Source: Psilocybe cubensis
Lineage: Eukaryota
Direction: 5' to 3'
DNA: 64,000 nt
Assembly: GCA_017499595.2 (NCBI GenBank)
Contig: CM039003.1
Location: 1,116,001-1,180,000, forward strand
Every line of letters starts with the position of its first letter. Position 1 is the first letter of the stretch. Below the pieces are notes generated by a model. The model did no database searches, had not been told where the DNA came from, and saw nothing but the letters and a program-made list of their open reading frames with translations. Of the stretch, positions 1 to 12,255 are shown one piece after another. The position numbers and the translations under genes are program-made.

Positions 1-544
1 TGTCTCAAAAAGGACATAGTTAGAGCGCTGATCTGACTGATTTGTCAACAACCGTCTGCTTCGTAGACGATTCGTAACCAAGTACCTTGGACGTCGGCAT
101 TGTGTCGGCATTTAACTTTGGCGTCGTGTCACCGGCAGTCCGTCTTACTTGGCATCGGCCGCTCATCAAAAGTTTTGCTCTGCAGCACATATGTAGCTCA
201 TGGAGAGTACAAAGAACCATTTGAAGATTGAATAACACATCGAACGTCAATGGCGAACATGAGCAAGTTGATTCGGAGTTTAGGATAAGTTTAGGATAAC
301 ATCGGAGCTGGAAAATATTCAAACAGCGAGTCATAAGTAGTGTCATTGATCAAGTACAGCCGAACTTCGGATCATGGGCGCTAACGCTAAAGTACTTCGC
401 TTGCCATATCGAAAATGACACTCAATACAACCCACCTAACCAAAGAGCTGTAACACCTCATTGCAAAAAGAAAAATCCGTTCAAGACAACATCAACCTTT
501 TATTAAACAATGCATAATAAAGCATATCATTACAGTACACAAAT

Positions 545-1249
545 TTAGACACCGCCGTGTCTGCCCTCACGGTGTTGCTTTTTCTCAACGGCCTTGGTAT
601 AGTGGTGAGGAAGAGCATTCTTGTCAACATATATGTGGTGAGTGGGATCCATAATGGCAGGATTACCGCGGCGGGGAGCTTCAATGATGTGGCCATGCTG
701 ATCATGAATTTGAGCACTGATGTGGACATGAGGATCCCGAGAGCCCTGGGAGTGCGCCAAATTCCTGCAAGGAATGATTAAGTCAAACAGTTGGTTGCTT
801 CAACATAGGACTCACTTGATAACAGCAGAGTGCGCTCCCGGAGTGTGTGACATGTGGTCTGCAACAACCTTCTTATGGAAGTTTTCGACCTCCTTGCGTT
901 TGTGACCGTGAAGGTTAAGAGCGTCAAGAGCGTTCGACGCAGAGTGCTTGTGCTCAGGTCCATGACCTTTGAGGAACGTGATGTTGTCGATGTGACCAGG
1001 AGGAGCTGGCTTATGCGAGTCTTTGTGCTGGTGATCTTTGCCGCGGCGTACAAGGTACTGGTTAGATCGACGGACATAGACCGGCTCTTCACGGGCAACA
1101 ACATCACTACAGAAAAATGTGTATCAGATATTAAGAAGGTTGCTTATTAAGAAAGCGAGTACACACTTGGCCTGCCATCTGTTTACTGGCACAGCAGTAG
1201 CTGTCTGAAGCAGGGCGAATGCAACGGCAATGAAAGGAATGAAACGCAT
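545..1249 (-). CDS. Small secreted His-rich pre-pro-protein, about 197 aa, 3 exons (1249-1167, 1106-816, 764-545), function unknown
   Basis: Manual splice over two GT-AG introns gives an open frame: MRFIPFIAVAFALLQTATAVPVNRWQANDVVAREEPVYVRRSNQYLVRR-GKDHQHKDSHK...AHSQGSRDPHVHISAQIHDQHGHII...PTHHIYVD...HGGV*. Hydrophobic signal peptide, dibasic RR sites, His-rich remainder. Confidence 0.85.
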
Positions 1250-2444
1250 GTTTGTTAGGTTTTAAAGTTAACAAAAAGGTTGATTTTTTGACTGTTGTAG
1301 TTCGACAGCGACCAGCACTGAGGAAGTTGTTGTATAGAGCGCAGCTGAGGGAATCTTAGTGAACATGGCCTGGCTTTTATAGCTCTTCTTTGGTTGGTTG
1401 GCCTCGTTTGTTCCCATGAGTTTGCAGGGTCGCCTTCGTATCTAACCAAAAATTTCCCGTGCTCGTATGATATTTCTAAAAGTCAACAAGAGACCACGTC
1501 CGGTATTTAATGGCGATTCTTTTTACGTCTAAGATCCATTATTGCCGATCATTAGTTTGAGATATTTTTCTCCAATCTGTCAATCGTTTACTCGATGATA
1601 TATAGAGCCCCATTATAACTCTAAGAGGCTTGTGGAACGCGAAAGGAGGATGAAAGCGTTGCACTATAGTGTTGAGGTTGAACTCATTGCTTAGCTAGAA
1701 GCGTCATAGGACTTGAAATTAATCTACAGGTCTATAAATTAGATATGTTATCGCAAGGCTGTCAACCGGGTAACATGGCTTACATGCTTCAACGCTAGTT
1801 GTTAGTATATATCGCATCTTACCAGTTTCTGTCAAAATGTAGCGGGCGGCATTTACTGCCGAGTAAGTAGTTTTCAACCGTACGACAGATAGGTCAGAAA
1901 ATAATTGCGGATAGCCGGACAACGAGTTATGGCACCGGGAAGAGGTCGATGCCGACGAATTCCTTCTAGATGTTCATTCGTATGTCCTCTTGGTACACCC
2001 ACAACGCCCATTTATTCTACTGAAAGTGGCCTAAGTAAGTATTGTGTAGCACTTCCCCAGGGCATGGGTATTTAACACCAAAGCCCACTATCTTCTTTAT
2101 TTACAAGTAGTTCTGATATGAAATCTAGCATCAGAGGGTCCAGAAGTCAGCGCCCTTCAGCGATTCCCCTGGCGCCCGCAATCATGGAGACCAGAGATGT
2201 GTCGGGGCTGAAACGTACATTGCCCCAACCGATTTGGGGTCCCAGTCAGCAAAATTGGAAGTGTGGACTTAACGGCATCCTAATCTGGCATAACAACACT
2301 TCATAGCCATTGTGATTCAACCCTCAATCTTGATAATACTTAATGATTGTGTCAAATTCAAACGTTACATATTGTTGCTGCAGTGCCTTCAATAAAAAAA
2401 GGAGCAACATACAAAACAGAACTTCTTCATCTTAAACCACAACA

Positions 2445-3686
2445 ATGTCCAACTTTCCCGAAGAACAACTCGACTCACCAGCTGGCTACTTCCCTGGAAA
2501 GCCTGGCCTCACTTTAGATAATGGACGATGGACTATTGTCCGCAAGCTTGGATGGGGTCCTCGGTCCTCAACATGGCTCGCAGTCGATAACAAGGAACAT
2601 GTGGGGGAGTACTCAGCGATCAAGATCTTGACCGCGGAGGCCACCGAGGAATCTACAGCCACGAACGAATCGAAACTGCTCTCCGGCCCCATCAAAAACT
2701 TCACCGAGGGCTTCCCTAAACTCACCAAAACTTTCTACCAGCACGACGACAAAGGCAAAAGACATTACTGTCTCGCATTCCACGTGCTGGGGTCATCCGT
2801 CGAGGATCTCCGGCTCACCAATGAATATGATGGGCAATACCTACCCGTTCATGTCGTTCAGAAGATTATAGGTGACATTGCAGAGCGACTTGCGTGTCTC
2901 AACGATGAGAAGATTATCCATGGGGGTGAGTTGTTCAGCAGGTTCCAAGTTAACCTAATTCTCACTTCTTCCCAAAGCTGTCCATCCCGATAACTTCCTT
3001 TTCTTCTGCGTACAAAGAGGCGAATCGATCAGAAAAGTTCTTGCTAAATCACCTAGTGAGAAGGCAGAAGAAGTCGTTGGTGACGATGGTATCTCGTACC
3101 CAGTTGTCAGGTCACAACCAATTGACCATGGTAATCCGTGGGACTCCTCCGCGCAAGATATCCTCAACGTGTTGATTTACTTGGCGAACTACGGGCATGG
3201 TAAGCGTCCCCCCGGATAATTGATCTCATGCGCTAAGTGCATGTTGTCTCAGCACATCATAAGGGTGTTGCCGCACCTACGGACGCCAGAAAAACGTATT
3301 ACGCTCCAGAAATCTTGAAGGGCGAGAAGGCCGATCAGAAGGCCGACATTTGGGCCCTGGGCTGCAGTGTGAGTACATACATCGATAATTGGGAGAGAGT
3401 CCGAGTTTACATTATCATCCCTCCACAGATCTATCTCTTGTTAACGGGCACTGAGCTTTTCTCTGAGACCTATGTTGCCTCGCCGGTCGAGACAGCCACA
3501 GAAACTCTCGGAAAATTAGAAACCCTTCTCAAAGAAAGCGAAAAGCTATCCGAGAAAGACATCGCACCCGCTGCCTCCCTCCTTAGATCGTGCCTAGCAG
3601 TCAAGCCTACAAAAAGAGCCAGCGCAGTTGATGTACTTGGTAGTGGTTGGATTAAGGGTGGATGTGGCTGCGGTTATTGCGGTTAA
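2445..3686 (+). CDS. SRPK/Sky1-like protein kinase-fold protein, probable pseudokinase (4 exons)
   Basis: N-terminal FPEEQL..GYFP and IVRKLGWGPRSSTWLA, AIKIL, YYAPE and KADIWALGC motifs. The catalytic loop reads HGAVHPDNF and the DFG position reads NYG. Confidence 0.85.
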
Positions 3687-4049
3687 GGAGGACATCGTGT
3701 ATTATAGTCGCCCACTGCGGTGAAATAATTGTACAGAAAGCCAAAGAATATATGCGTGTACAGTGTTTGGTATTCTTGAACTTTAGCCTTATAGATGATC
3801 GTTGGTATAAATGCGTAAAAGCAGCAAGGCGGGATACCAAAAAGCAGAAAGGATTCCAAGCAAGAGGCACAGACACATGAACTGTGAAGCCTCTCAGCGG
3901 GACGATATCGGAATTCAAATTCGGCATTCGCCGGAAACCCAACAGGAGGGTTTTGGCAACCCCGCTTTCGGTTTTGACTACGCCTACGTTTCCCAAACCT
4001 CAACTCGAACGCATAGTTCTGCTGTACTTCCAACCAAGAAAGTCTCGTC

Positions 4050-5101
4050 ATGTCAGATATCTGCCCCGTCTACTCTCCTTTCTTCAGCGCCATGGTAAGT
4101 ACACCCAATGTTGGGTTCCGTTGTGACGTACGTTGACCAGGGGGTGGTTGCTTTTTCACTAGGGCTGCACCAGTGCCATCGTCTTCACCTGTAAGTTTTT
4201 AGCTATGGTGCCATGACAAGTCTATCTAGGAAGGAAGCTGACGCGTTGTGGCTGTTCATGGAAGGCATTGGTGCTAGGTACGTTATTGTGGTCTGATATG
4301 CGGATTTGGGGTATTGACGCCACGCCGTGCTCCTCTTTTTACTTTGCATTTCAGTTATGGTACAGCAAAATCTGGTGTCGGAATTTCAGCCATGTCAGTT
4401 CTACGACCTGACTTGATGATGAAGTGTGTTGTACCAGTTATCATGGCTGGTATTATTGCTGTGAGTCAGCCCTCCATCTTTCCGCAGTATCCACATTCAG
4501 CTTGCTAGCTCATCGCGAATGAAATTCTTCAATGAATGTATGCTAATCGACGTATTTTTTTGCTGCGATAGATTTACGGGCTTGTCGTGTCGGTGCTTAT
4601 TGCTGCTGATCGTAAGTCTTGCAGCGTCTTGTATGTCATTGCTATTCGGCTGCTGAATGTGTTACTCTCCACCTCAGTCGAAACACACATGTCCCTTGCT
4701 AAAGGTTTTACCCAACTTGGTGCTGGTCTTTCTGTCGGTCTTGCTGGTCTCGCTGCTGGTTTTGCTGTTGGAATTGTCGGTGATGCTGGTGTACGAGGCA
4801 CTGCTCAACAACCAAGGCTTTTCGTCGGCATGGTACGCTTCATACCATACAAAACATTTCTCGGTACTCATACTCTCACCAGATTCTTATTCTCATTTTC
4901 GCCGAGGTTTTGGGTCTTTACGGTGCGTTTAATCTATATGGTCACCCTTTCAACATCTGACCTCTGCCTCTTGAATCCCTTGAATAATAGGTCTCATCGT
5001 GGCTTTGATCATGAACACCAAGACCCGCGACATGCCCGTACGTAGATTCCGTCCCACATCATATTAAACACTTGTTTATGCGATCTTATATATAGTGCTA
5101 A
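4050..5101 (+). CDS. VMA3: V-type H+-ATPase proteolipid subunit c (16 kDa), multi-exon
   Basis: Exons give [97 protein letters not shown], and a last micro-exon TGC TAA. Confidence 0.95.
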
Positions 5102-5856
5102 ATGGCTGATTACCATCTTGGATGGCGGTCTTCAAGGGCGCTACAATTTGGGTAGGAAGTAGGGACGAGAAGACTGGGACTATACCAAATGTTCTCGTCA
5201 TTGCATGCACTCTGATATGCAAATGGACTTTTATGATACAGCACTTTTTTCTGCTCTTCGCTTGCCCGCAAACACGACCAGTATATTACTCTACCCCTCT
5301 GCTGCCCGGTTCTTGTAATTGTTGTTGTCCTTATGTTCAATCTGCCGCTTTCCTCCCACCAGTTGCCTACAGCCACATGAAAATCCTCTGTCCTGCCTTG
5401 TGAGCATCATAATTGTTTCGTATGTCACAATATCCTTTCACGAGTAAGTGGCTTGCAGCCCCACGATTCCCGTCACTAGTTCCCGAAACTTTGATTATGC
5501 GGCTAGGTCAAGGTTCTTCACTGACATTTGCTGGTGTTGCGCACCCAAACCAATCACGTGATCACCCATTCAAAACAACGTCGTGCTCCCCTGCCTTAAT
5601 TCGATTCATCTTGCCCTGTTTTTTGTTGTGCTGGACTACTTATAATTCAAACGACCTTTCTCGTTGTAAGCTTTATCTCAATTCTATGACGTATTGCAAA
5701 AGTGTTGATCCGGACAAAAGATGCCGTTACCGTTGAACCCGAGCATTGAAACGCCGTTGTATTATTCATTCCTTTTCCACTGTATGTTATATACAGACTG
5801 CTTGGTTTATTATTCTTTCGCACTTTTCTCGTTTTCCGTTGTCTCTTTATCGCCAA

Positions 5857-8800
5857 ATGCCTGAAACAATCCCTATCCTCCTGTTAACATTTGGAGCCCT
5901 TTACACATCTCACAAACTCTTCACGTTTTGGAAAGCAATAGGCGCTATTGAGTATGTTACTAGTCAAGCGCTGGTATTTCATTGATACTTTTCATTCTTC
6001 AGTCATCTTCCCGGATATCGTGTTGCTTTTCACGATGACAGTCTTGTTTTAATCTTGACGAGGATTCCTGGTATAGCTCCCGGATTCAATTATCTTTTTT
6101 TGGACAAATACACGACTAGTAAGTGTACGGCCATGCCAGTGTCCAACATGAGGTTCTATCGAAAACTTTGACTATTTTTTTAACATCTAGGATATACCAA
6201 GTGGGATGTGACATCCATGGTAAGCGTTCTCTTGGGCAATGGTCTGCAGGTCCTTCATGTTTGTCTTAATAGGTTTCCATGTTCCCGAATGTGGTGACGT
6301 CCCTTGCAGTTGCAGATGCTGACACGGCCAAAGTAAGCCGAAATCGACTATACGATGTAGTTCATATTATCCAAGATTATCAGCACATTCTTTCAGACCG
6401 GACGCTGTTCCCCAAACCACTTGCCCAGATGAAGTTTTTGACTTTTTTTGGGAATAACATCGGCACTGTCAATGGCGAAGAGTGGAAGAGGCACAGAAAA
6501 ATCTCAGCTCCAACCTTTTCAGATGTGTGTAATGTTCCATTACAATTTATCATTACCCAATGTCGGCTGTTGATTAAACTCGTCTACTTTTACGCATCTA
6601 GCGCAATAACAGGCTGGTCTGGGACGAAACTATCCTTATCATGGAATCCTTGTTTTCTGATGTATGGAAGAATAAGGATGTGGTTTCGGTCGATCATTTC
6701 GTGGACCTCACACTTGCAGTTACGTATCTACCCCTCTGCATTGAATCTCGCAAACCATTTCTTTGATTGATTTTGGATACACCAGATTGCCATTTTTGTG
6801 ATAAGCGTTGCCGGTAAGTCTTTCGTTCTCTGTAATAAACACGCTCCATAGTCCTTAACCTTTGTATAAGGCTTTGGGAAGAAGGTGTCTTGGCTTAATG
6901 ACACTATTATTCCGGACGGACACAAGATGACCTTCAAAGACTCTCTTCACATCACATGTACGGACGTCATTTTCAAACTGCTTTTTCCTGACTGGATACT
7001 TGACCACGGCACCCGGCGGATGAAAAATACAAGGATTGCCTTTGATGAAATGAAAGTGGGTATGGTATCAGATACATCAATAAAAACTAGCTCATTGTCC
7101 CGTATTCACGCTTAGGTATATATGTCAGAGATGATTCAAGATCGTCGGCTGTCGGATAAAGTTGAACGTCATGATTTGCTTTCAGCATTGATGAATGCAC
7201 ACAGCGATGACCTGAGCGATAGCTACTTGTCAGACAGTGAACTTATGGGTATGTTAAGTTTAATCTCCTTGATATGTTATGACCGTATAAAACTACCATT
7301 ATTGTTAGGCAGCATATAAGATTGGGCTCATCAGAAACCAGCACCCTTACGTAATCAATGGGCTTGGCGCCAAGAGCGGCCAAAATCCAGCTCGAAAAAA
7401 AAATCAAAAGTTATGTTGACGGAAAATGGTTTCAGACAAAAAGTTTAAAAAAAAAAAATTCATAAATGTGCATATACAATCCTTACTACTAGCCTTTATG
7501 CCCACAATAATAGAATTACACCTCAGAGGTCAAATTGTAGTCTCTGGAAGTCCATAATGAGTCTGAGAGGTATTACTTAGGCGTGACTTATTGTCACGTG
7601 TGGTCACGTGTACCATTATATAAGCGGCCAAAAGAACATTGTCAAATTTTCGAAAATCTCCCAAACTCGAGAAAACACCATTTCTGACGTGTTAGACTAA
7701 AAAAAAAGGAAAAAAATTAAAATCTTTATAACTTCTTGAGATCAAAATTTTTTTGAAAAAAAAAACCACAGATGTGTTCAAAGAAGCATAACCTACATAT
7801 CTGTGGTTCAAAAATGTAGAATAGTGTGAGTGCAGAAGGGTTGAAAAGGTTCGGAGGTAAGCCAACTTTTGCTTACCTAAGGGGGTGCTGGTTCCTGATG
7901 AGCCCAATCTTATGTCTATCTTTTGGCAGGACACGAGGTGCATTAACTAGCTCTTCTGCTAGCTGTTAAATTCTCAAATGTGGGATTGTTGAAGACTTCT
8001 GCCCACACTTTAGGGTTTCTTTTTGCCCTATTGGCACTCTCTCCGGCTGAGCAAGATAAGTTATTCGAGCAAATAACGAGCTCGTTGCCCAGCTCTGGAG
8101 CTCCAGTGAGTAATTCTTTAATGACCGTATTGCAGGATACAATGTGTGTTTGCAGACGTATGATGATATGGCTCGCCTCCCGTATTCCATCGCGTCAGTC
8201 GTTTATGTTTTGCGGGATTTTTCTCCAACTTAAATCATTTCCTTGGTTTCCTAGGGTCCTGTACGAAACAATGCGCTTATTTCCGCCTGTGAGTCTGTAC
8301 AACTCTAGACGCAGTGCTGTAAACATGTTTCGACGTTCCTCCTACACTATAGGGAACCAAGATTGCCAAGTATAGCGCATAGGACACCGTAATCACAATA
8401 GGCAACAGATACGGCGAAAAGAAGACAATTCCAGTGCCGAAAGGGACACGAGTAGGCATCAATACTGTTGGGATTCACTACAATCGTATGTATATTCATG
8501 CTCAAGCTGCATATAGGCTACAATGCACTGTGTATTTTTCAGCTCGGTATTGGGATGACCCTGAATCTTTCAACCCATCGCGCTTCTTGAACCCTGATTG
8601 GAATCGCGATGCTTTCCTTCCTTTTAGTGCAGGTAGGACTTGCCTGTTATCAATAGCATTAAAATTTTTCATTTGACACGTAATATGACCCAGGTCCCCG
8701 CTCATGTTTGGGAAGAAAGTGTGTTCTTTTCCATTGAGTAATAATTGGCAGATATATTGATTATTTTTGGAGGTTTTTCGAGACAGAAGCGATCGCAGTG

Positions 8801-9020
8801 ATGACAATGATTGTATTGCGGTATAAGGTCACTATCAAGGATGAACAGAAATTCTCTACAAAGAACTTTGAGCAACGGAAGGAAAGGATCTTGAAAACCA
8901 GGAGAATACTGACGCTGTCGTAAGTTGAAGCTCGCAGACCTTTAAGCTGATCACCTTGAAATTGATGACTATGCCAATAGTCCTATACGAGTTCCGCTGA
9001 CATTTACTCGAAGAGGCTGA
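5857..9020 (+). pseudogene. Cytochrome P450 with many introns, disrupted by a MITE in the I-helix exon and by an in-frame TAG
   Basis: WKRHRK, LLAGHETSAHT, ETMRLFPP, FNPSRF and FSAGPRSCLG motifs are present. A 592-bp insertion at 7319-7910 creates ATA-TAA, and there is an in-frame TAG at 8380-8382 (YSA*DT). Confidence 0.85.
7319..7910. mobile_element. Non-autonomous TIR element (MITE) with TA TSD, Tc1/mariner-type signature, copy 1
   Basis: 28-bp TIRs AGATTGGGCTCATCAG(A/G)AACCAGCACCC with 1 mismatch, flanked by TA on both sides. Removing the element plus one TA restores the P450 frame GSIYVYLLAGHE. A second copy lies at 58412-59003. Confidence 0.95.
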
Positions 9021-9558
9021 CTGGTTGACTAAGTAAGTTTTTGAGGAAAATATCGATGGAAGTCGTCTGATCATGAACTAGTTGTGTTCATTATAGAATA
9101 CATTACAGTACCAATCTTGTTGTCTATTAGCGTATAAAAACGATTGGCACCATTATATTTGATTTACAGGGAGATGAGATAACATAGCAAAAGAGGATAT
9201 CTAAGTTAACTGAAACCAATGTAGAGAACCGATATGTCGGAACATGGATTTTATTTGAGTTGTAAAAAAGAGGTAAGGAACGTGTACGTATATCGGTCGT
9301 AGCAAACAAAAGATGAAACAGAGATTCGACACGTCTACTTCGCGTCTGTTTGAAAGAAAAAAGGTCGGGGCAAAATCGTAATAACTGTTATACTCGAATA
9401 TATGTTTGGTAAACAGGGGAATTAGAATCATCATAAAGGGCAAAAAAATCGTACATTAAAAAGGGAAGCAAAATTTTGAACAAATTTTCTGTTCTTTCTG
9501 GTGCTTGTCAACGCTAAACGTTAGCAGTTGGTGAACATAGTGGCGTGAAAAAGGATCT

Positions 9559-12255
9559 CTAAGCGCCGATGGTTTCCAACTTCGCGACTTCTCTGATGGT
9601 GCATGTCCTTTCACTAACACTTCCAAACCACTCCTTCGCCCTCAGCGCCTTCTTCTCCAACTCCTCTGCACCCTTGACCTCCTTCGAACGCTCCTCCATA
9701 GCACCTCTGAAGCGCTCTTTCAAATCCCAAGACGCAAGTCTCAAAACCTTTCTCGTCTCACGGCTGATACGGGCAGCGTGGGCATCCACAAAATGAACGT
9801 CACGATCATCACCACGAGCCAGCACTGACGCTTTGACTCTTCTTCCAACTGTTCGTGGAATGGAGCTAGGCAGCTCGAGAATAAGATATGCTGTCAAACC
9901 TATAGTGACCGCGCCGATAACAGGAGCGGCCCACTTGCGAGCGGTCTCGTTACCGAAGAGGTCGGTAATGCGGACAATACCCTCGATGACGCCGCGAATA
10001 CCCACAGCTTGGCCACCAACCATAGTAAGCGCACCCACGCCAACACTGACAAGACCAAGAGCTGTAGGACTCGTTGTTTCGTCTTCTGACTGTTCCTTTC
10101 CATCGCCGAAGTGAAGGAAGAACTGGTGATTGACGTCGAACAAGTCGAAGAAAGTGGTCTCGAGCATGTCGGGTCGTTGAGCAAGACCGATACCGAGGCC
10201 GTGCATACCTCCAGCGACGATGGCTCCACCGATATTGCTGTATGACGATGATGACCGTCTCTTCATTCCCTTTCCGGCCCTTCTTGCGACGCTGAACATG
10301 GCCTCAGGCATGAAGATCCTTCGGCTGCGTTCTACACCCTGAGGAAGATGTTCCTCACCAAGATTTTTGATCTTGTCAACGCCATTCGTGGTGACGACCC
10401 GAGCTTCGTTTTCTGAGAGAATAACAGCGGCATCTAAGCTAGCAAGCAATGCCCTGCGAACGTCGCGTGCATAATCCCAGATTCCGAGGAATCCAGGATA
10501 CGACGGCATAGGGACAAGAGGCTTGTCGACGGCGAGTAGACCTTGACCAACCTTTTCGAGGGCGTCAGTGAGAAGCTTCTTGGTCCTCGAAGAGGCTTCA
10601 CCCGCTCCTGACTCTTCAACGGACTCTAAGGCCTCCTCCAGAACATCACGGCCTTTTTTCATCTTCTCGAGAATTGGCCGAGCCAATGTCAAGTTGTCAC
10701 GTGCTTGCTGAAGCTCGGATTCGGCGACGATGGCGTTAGCTCCCGCAAGGAGTTCAATGTCAGCAAGAAGGTTGGAAAGGTAAGTGGAGACGGGTTGAAG
10801 CTTAGATTTCGATCTCTTGACAAGAACGAAAGATCGGAGAGATTGTTCAAGGTCATCAAAGGATGGATTAGCGGCAAAAGGTTGAAGGGCAGATGCAGAG
10901 TCGACGAAATGGACAAGATCATCAGCGTCTTCGTAGGTCCTTGGGCTGAGTTGTTTAATTTGTTCAAGGACCATCCTTCGGCACTTCTCTTTGTTCTTGA
11001 TTTGATCGTATTTGTTGACTACGATGAACAAGTATGCCTTCTCGTTGCTGGCATTCCAGAGGAATTCCTTGGCGGAAAGTGTGAAATGGTTCTCGGCGGA
11101 GACGACAAAGACGACAACGTCGATTTCTTCTTGACGGGCAAAGAGAGCAGTCGTCTTCAAACTGTCCCTATTGAGGCCAGGTGCATCAATGAGTGAAATG
11201 TCGACCACACCGTTATTGAGAAGAGATTCTGAAGGAGCTCTGGTGTCTGCAAGGTACAACTTAATCATTCGTTGAGTATGTTCATTGTCTGCAACAATTT
11301 CTTCAAGATCAGAGATCTCTCCTTTGGTGAATGTGGAGGTGTCGTTGATGTCATATATGGCACCGTCCTTGACAACATGGACTTCTTCCTTCCCTTGATT
11401 TTCCGCGGCGTCGTGGACCTCGCAGAAAGCCGTAGTACAGGGCTGTTGATCAACAGGCATTACCTCCCGTCGTAAGAGAGCATTGACGAAGGTAGACTTT
11501 CCGGCATTGAGATCACCGGTGACGAGTACCTTGGACGAGGTGTCTTCCACTCGTAACCTCAGTTTGTCGATGTGGTTGACGGATGCGCCGATTCGTTCGT
11601 CGAGAAGGTTCGCGATGGATGCCTTTTCAAGTTGTGAGACGAGCGAAGCAGCAGAAGATGAAGAGTGGTGAGAGCCAAGTTTGAGATCCAGACGGAGAAC
11701 ATTAAAATCCGAGGCTGAAAGTAATCGTTCATCTTCCGCGTCTTTCTTTATATCCTCGGTAGACTGTGCATCTTCCTCCTTTCCCTGGGAGTCAGGGATG
11801 GATGCCAAAGTCATTGACCGAGTTGGACCGTGTCTTTGGCTACCGATGATTACCTCGGTTTCGAATGTCGGGTCATCAGCAAAGGAAAGAGAACGACGCA
11901 TAGATTTGCGGGGTCTTGAAGAAGACGCCTCCGTTGGTTCAACATCTTCATCTTGTTGTGTCTTTTGTTCGCGGAGTTGAGGGTATCGTACAACCCACTC
12001 ATCCTTGTTGAAAGTACGAATCTCGGAAAGTATCTCCTTCGTCGAGTCAATTGCTGCTACCAGGCTGCATACACTTCAGTCCAGTCCTAGCAGGAGAGTT
12101 TGATAGCAAGCTCACCGATCCTTGTTCTCGATGTAGGCTTCCTGAACATCTTCGACCTTGAGTTGCTTGTCTCCGTTAACTGCCGCAAAAACAGAGTCGT
12201 GCAGGGTTTCCTTCACCGGCGAGGTAACGGTGGTCGACATGTAAGTTTGAGCCAT
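9559..12255 (-). CDS. FZO1: Mitofusin, transmembrane GTPase Fzo1 (one short 5' intron near 12065-12115)
   Basis: KVLVTGDLNAGKST, LIDAPGLN and VVNKYD dynamin-like G motifs, DQQPCT, and a C-terminal hydrophobic pair plus coiled coil. Confidence 0.95.

Noticed and set aside
20..346. 108-aa minus-strand ORF and a short TAGGATAA duplication near 281-300
   Set aside because: No protein features, and it lies downstream of the His-rich gene; the duplication is too short to be meaningful.
4050..4095. Exon starting MSDI.., reminiscent of an MSDIN (amatoxin/cycloamanide) precursor leader
   Set aside because: It continues [11 protein letters not shown] and splices into a complete V-ATPase subunit c; there is no MSDIN leader, core or follower.
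7692..7943. Matching short ORFs at 7692-7943 and 58785-59015
   Set aside because: They are incidental frames within the two MITE copies and have no transposase motifs.
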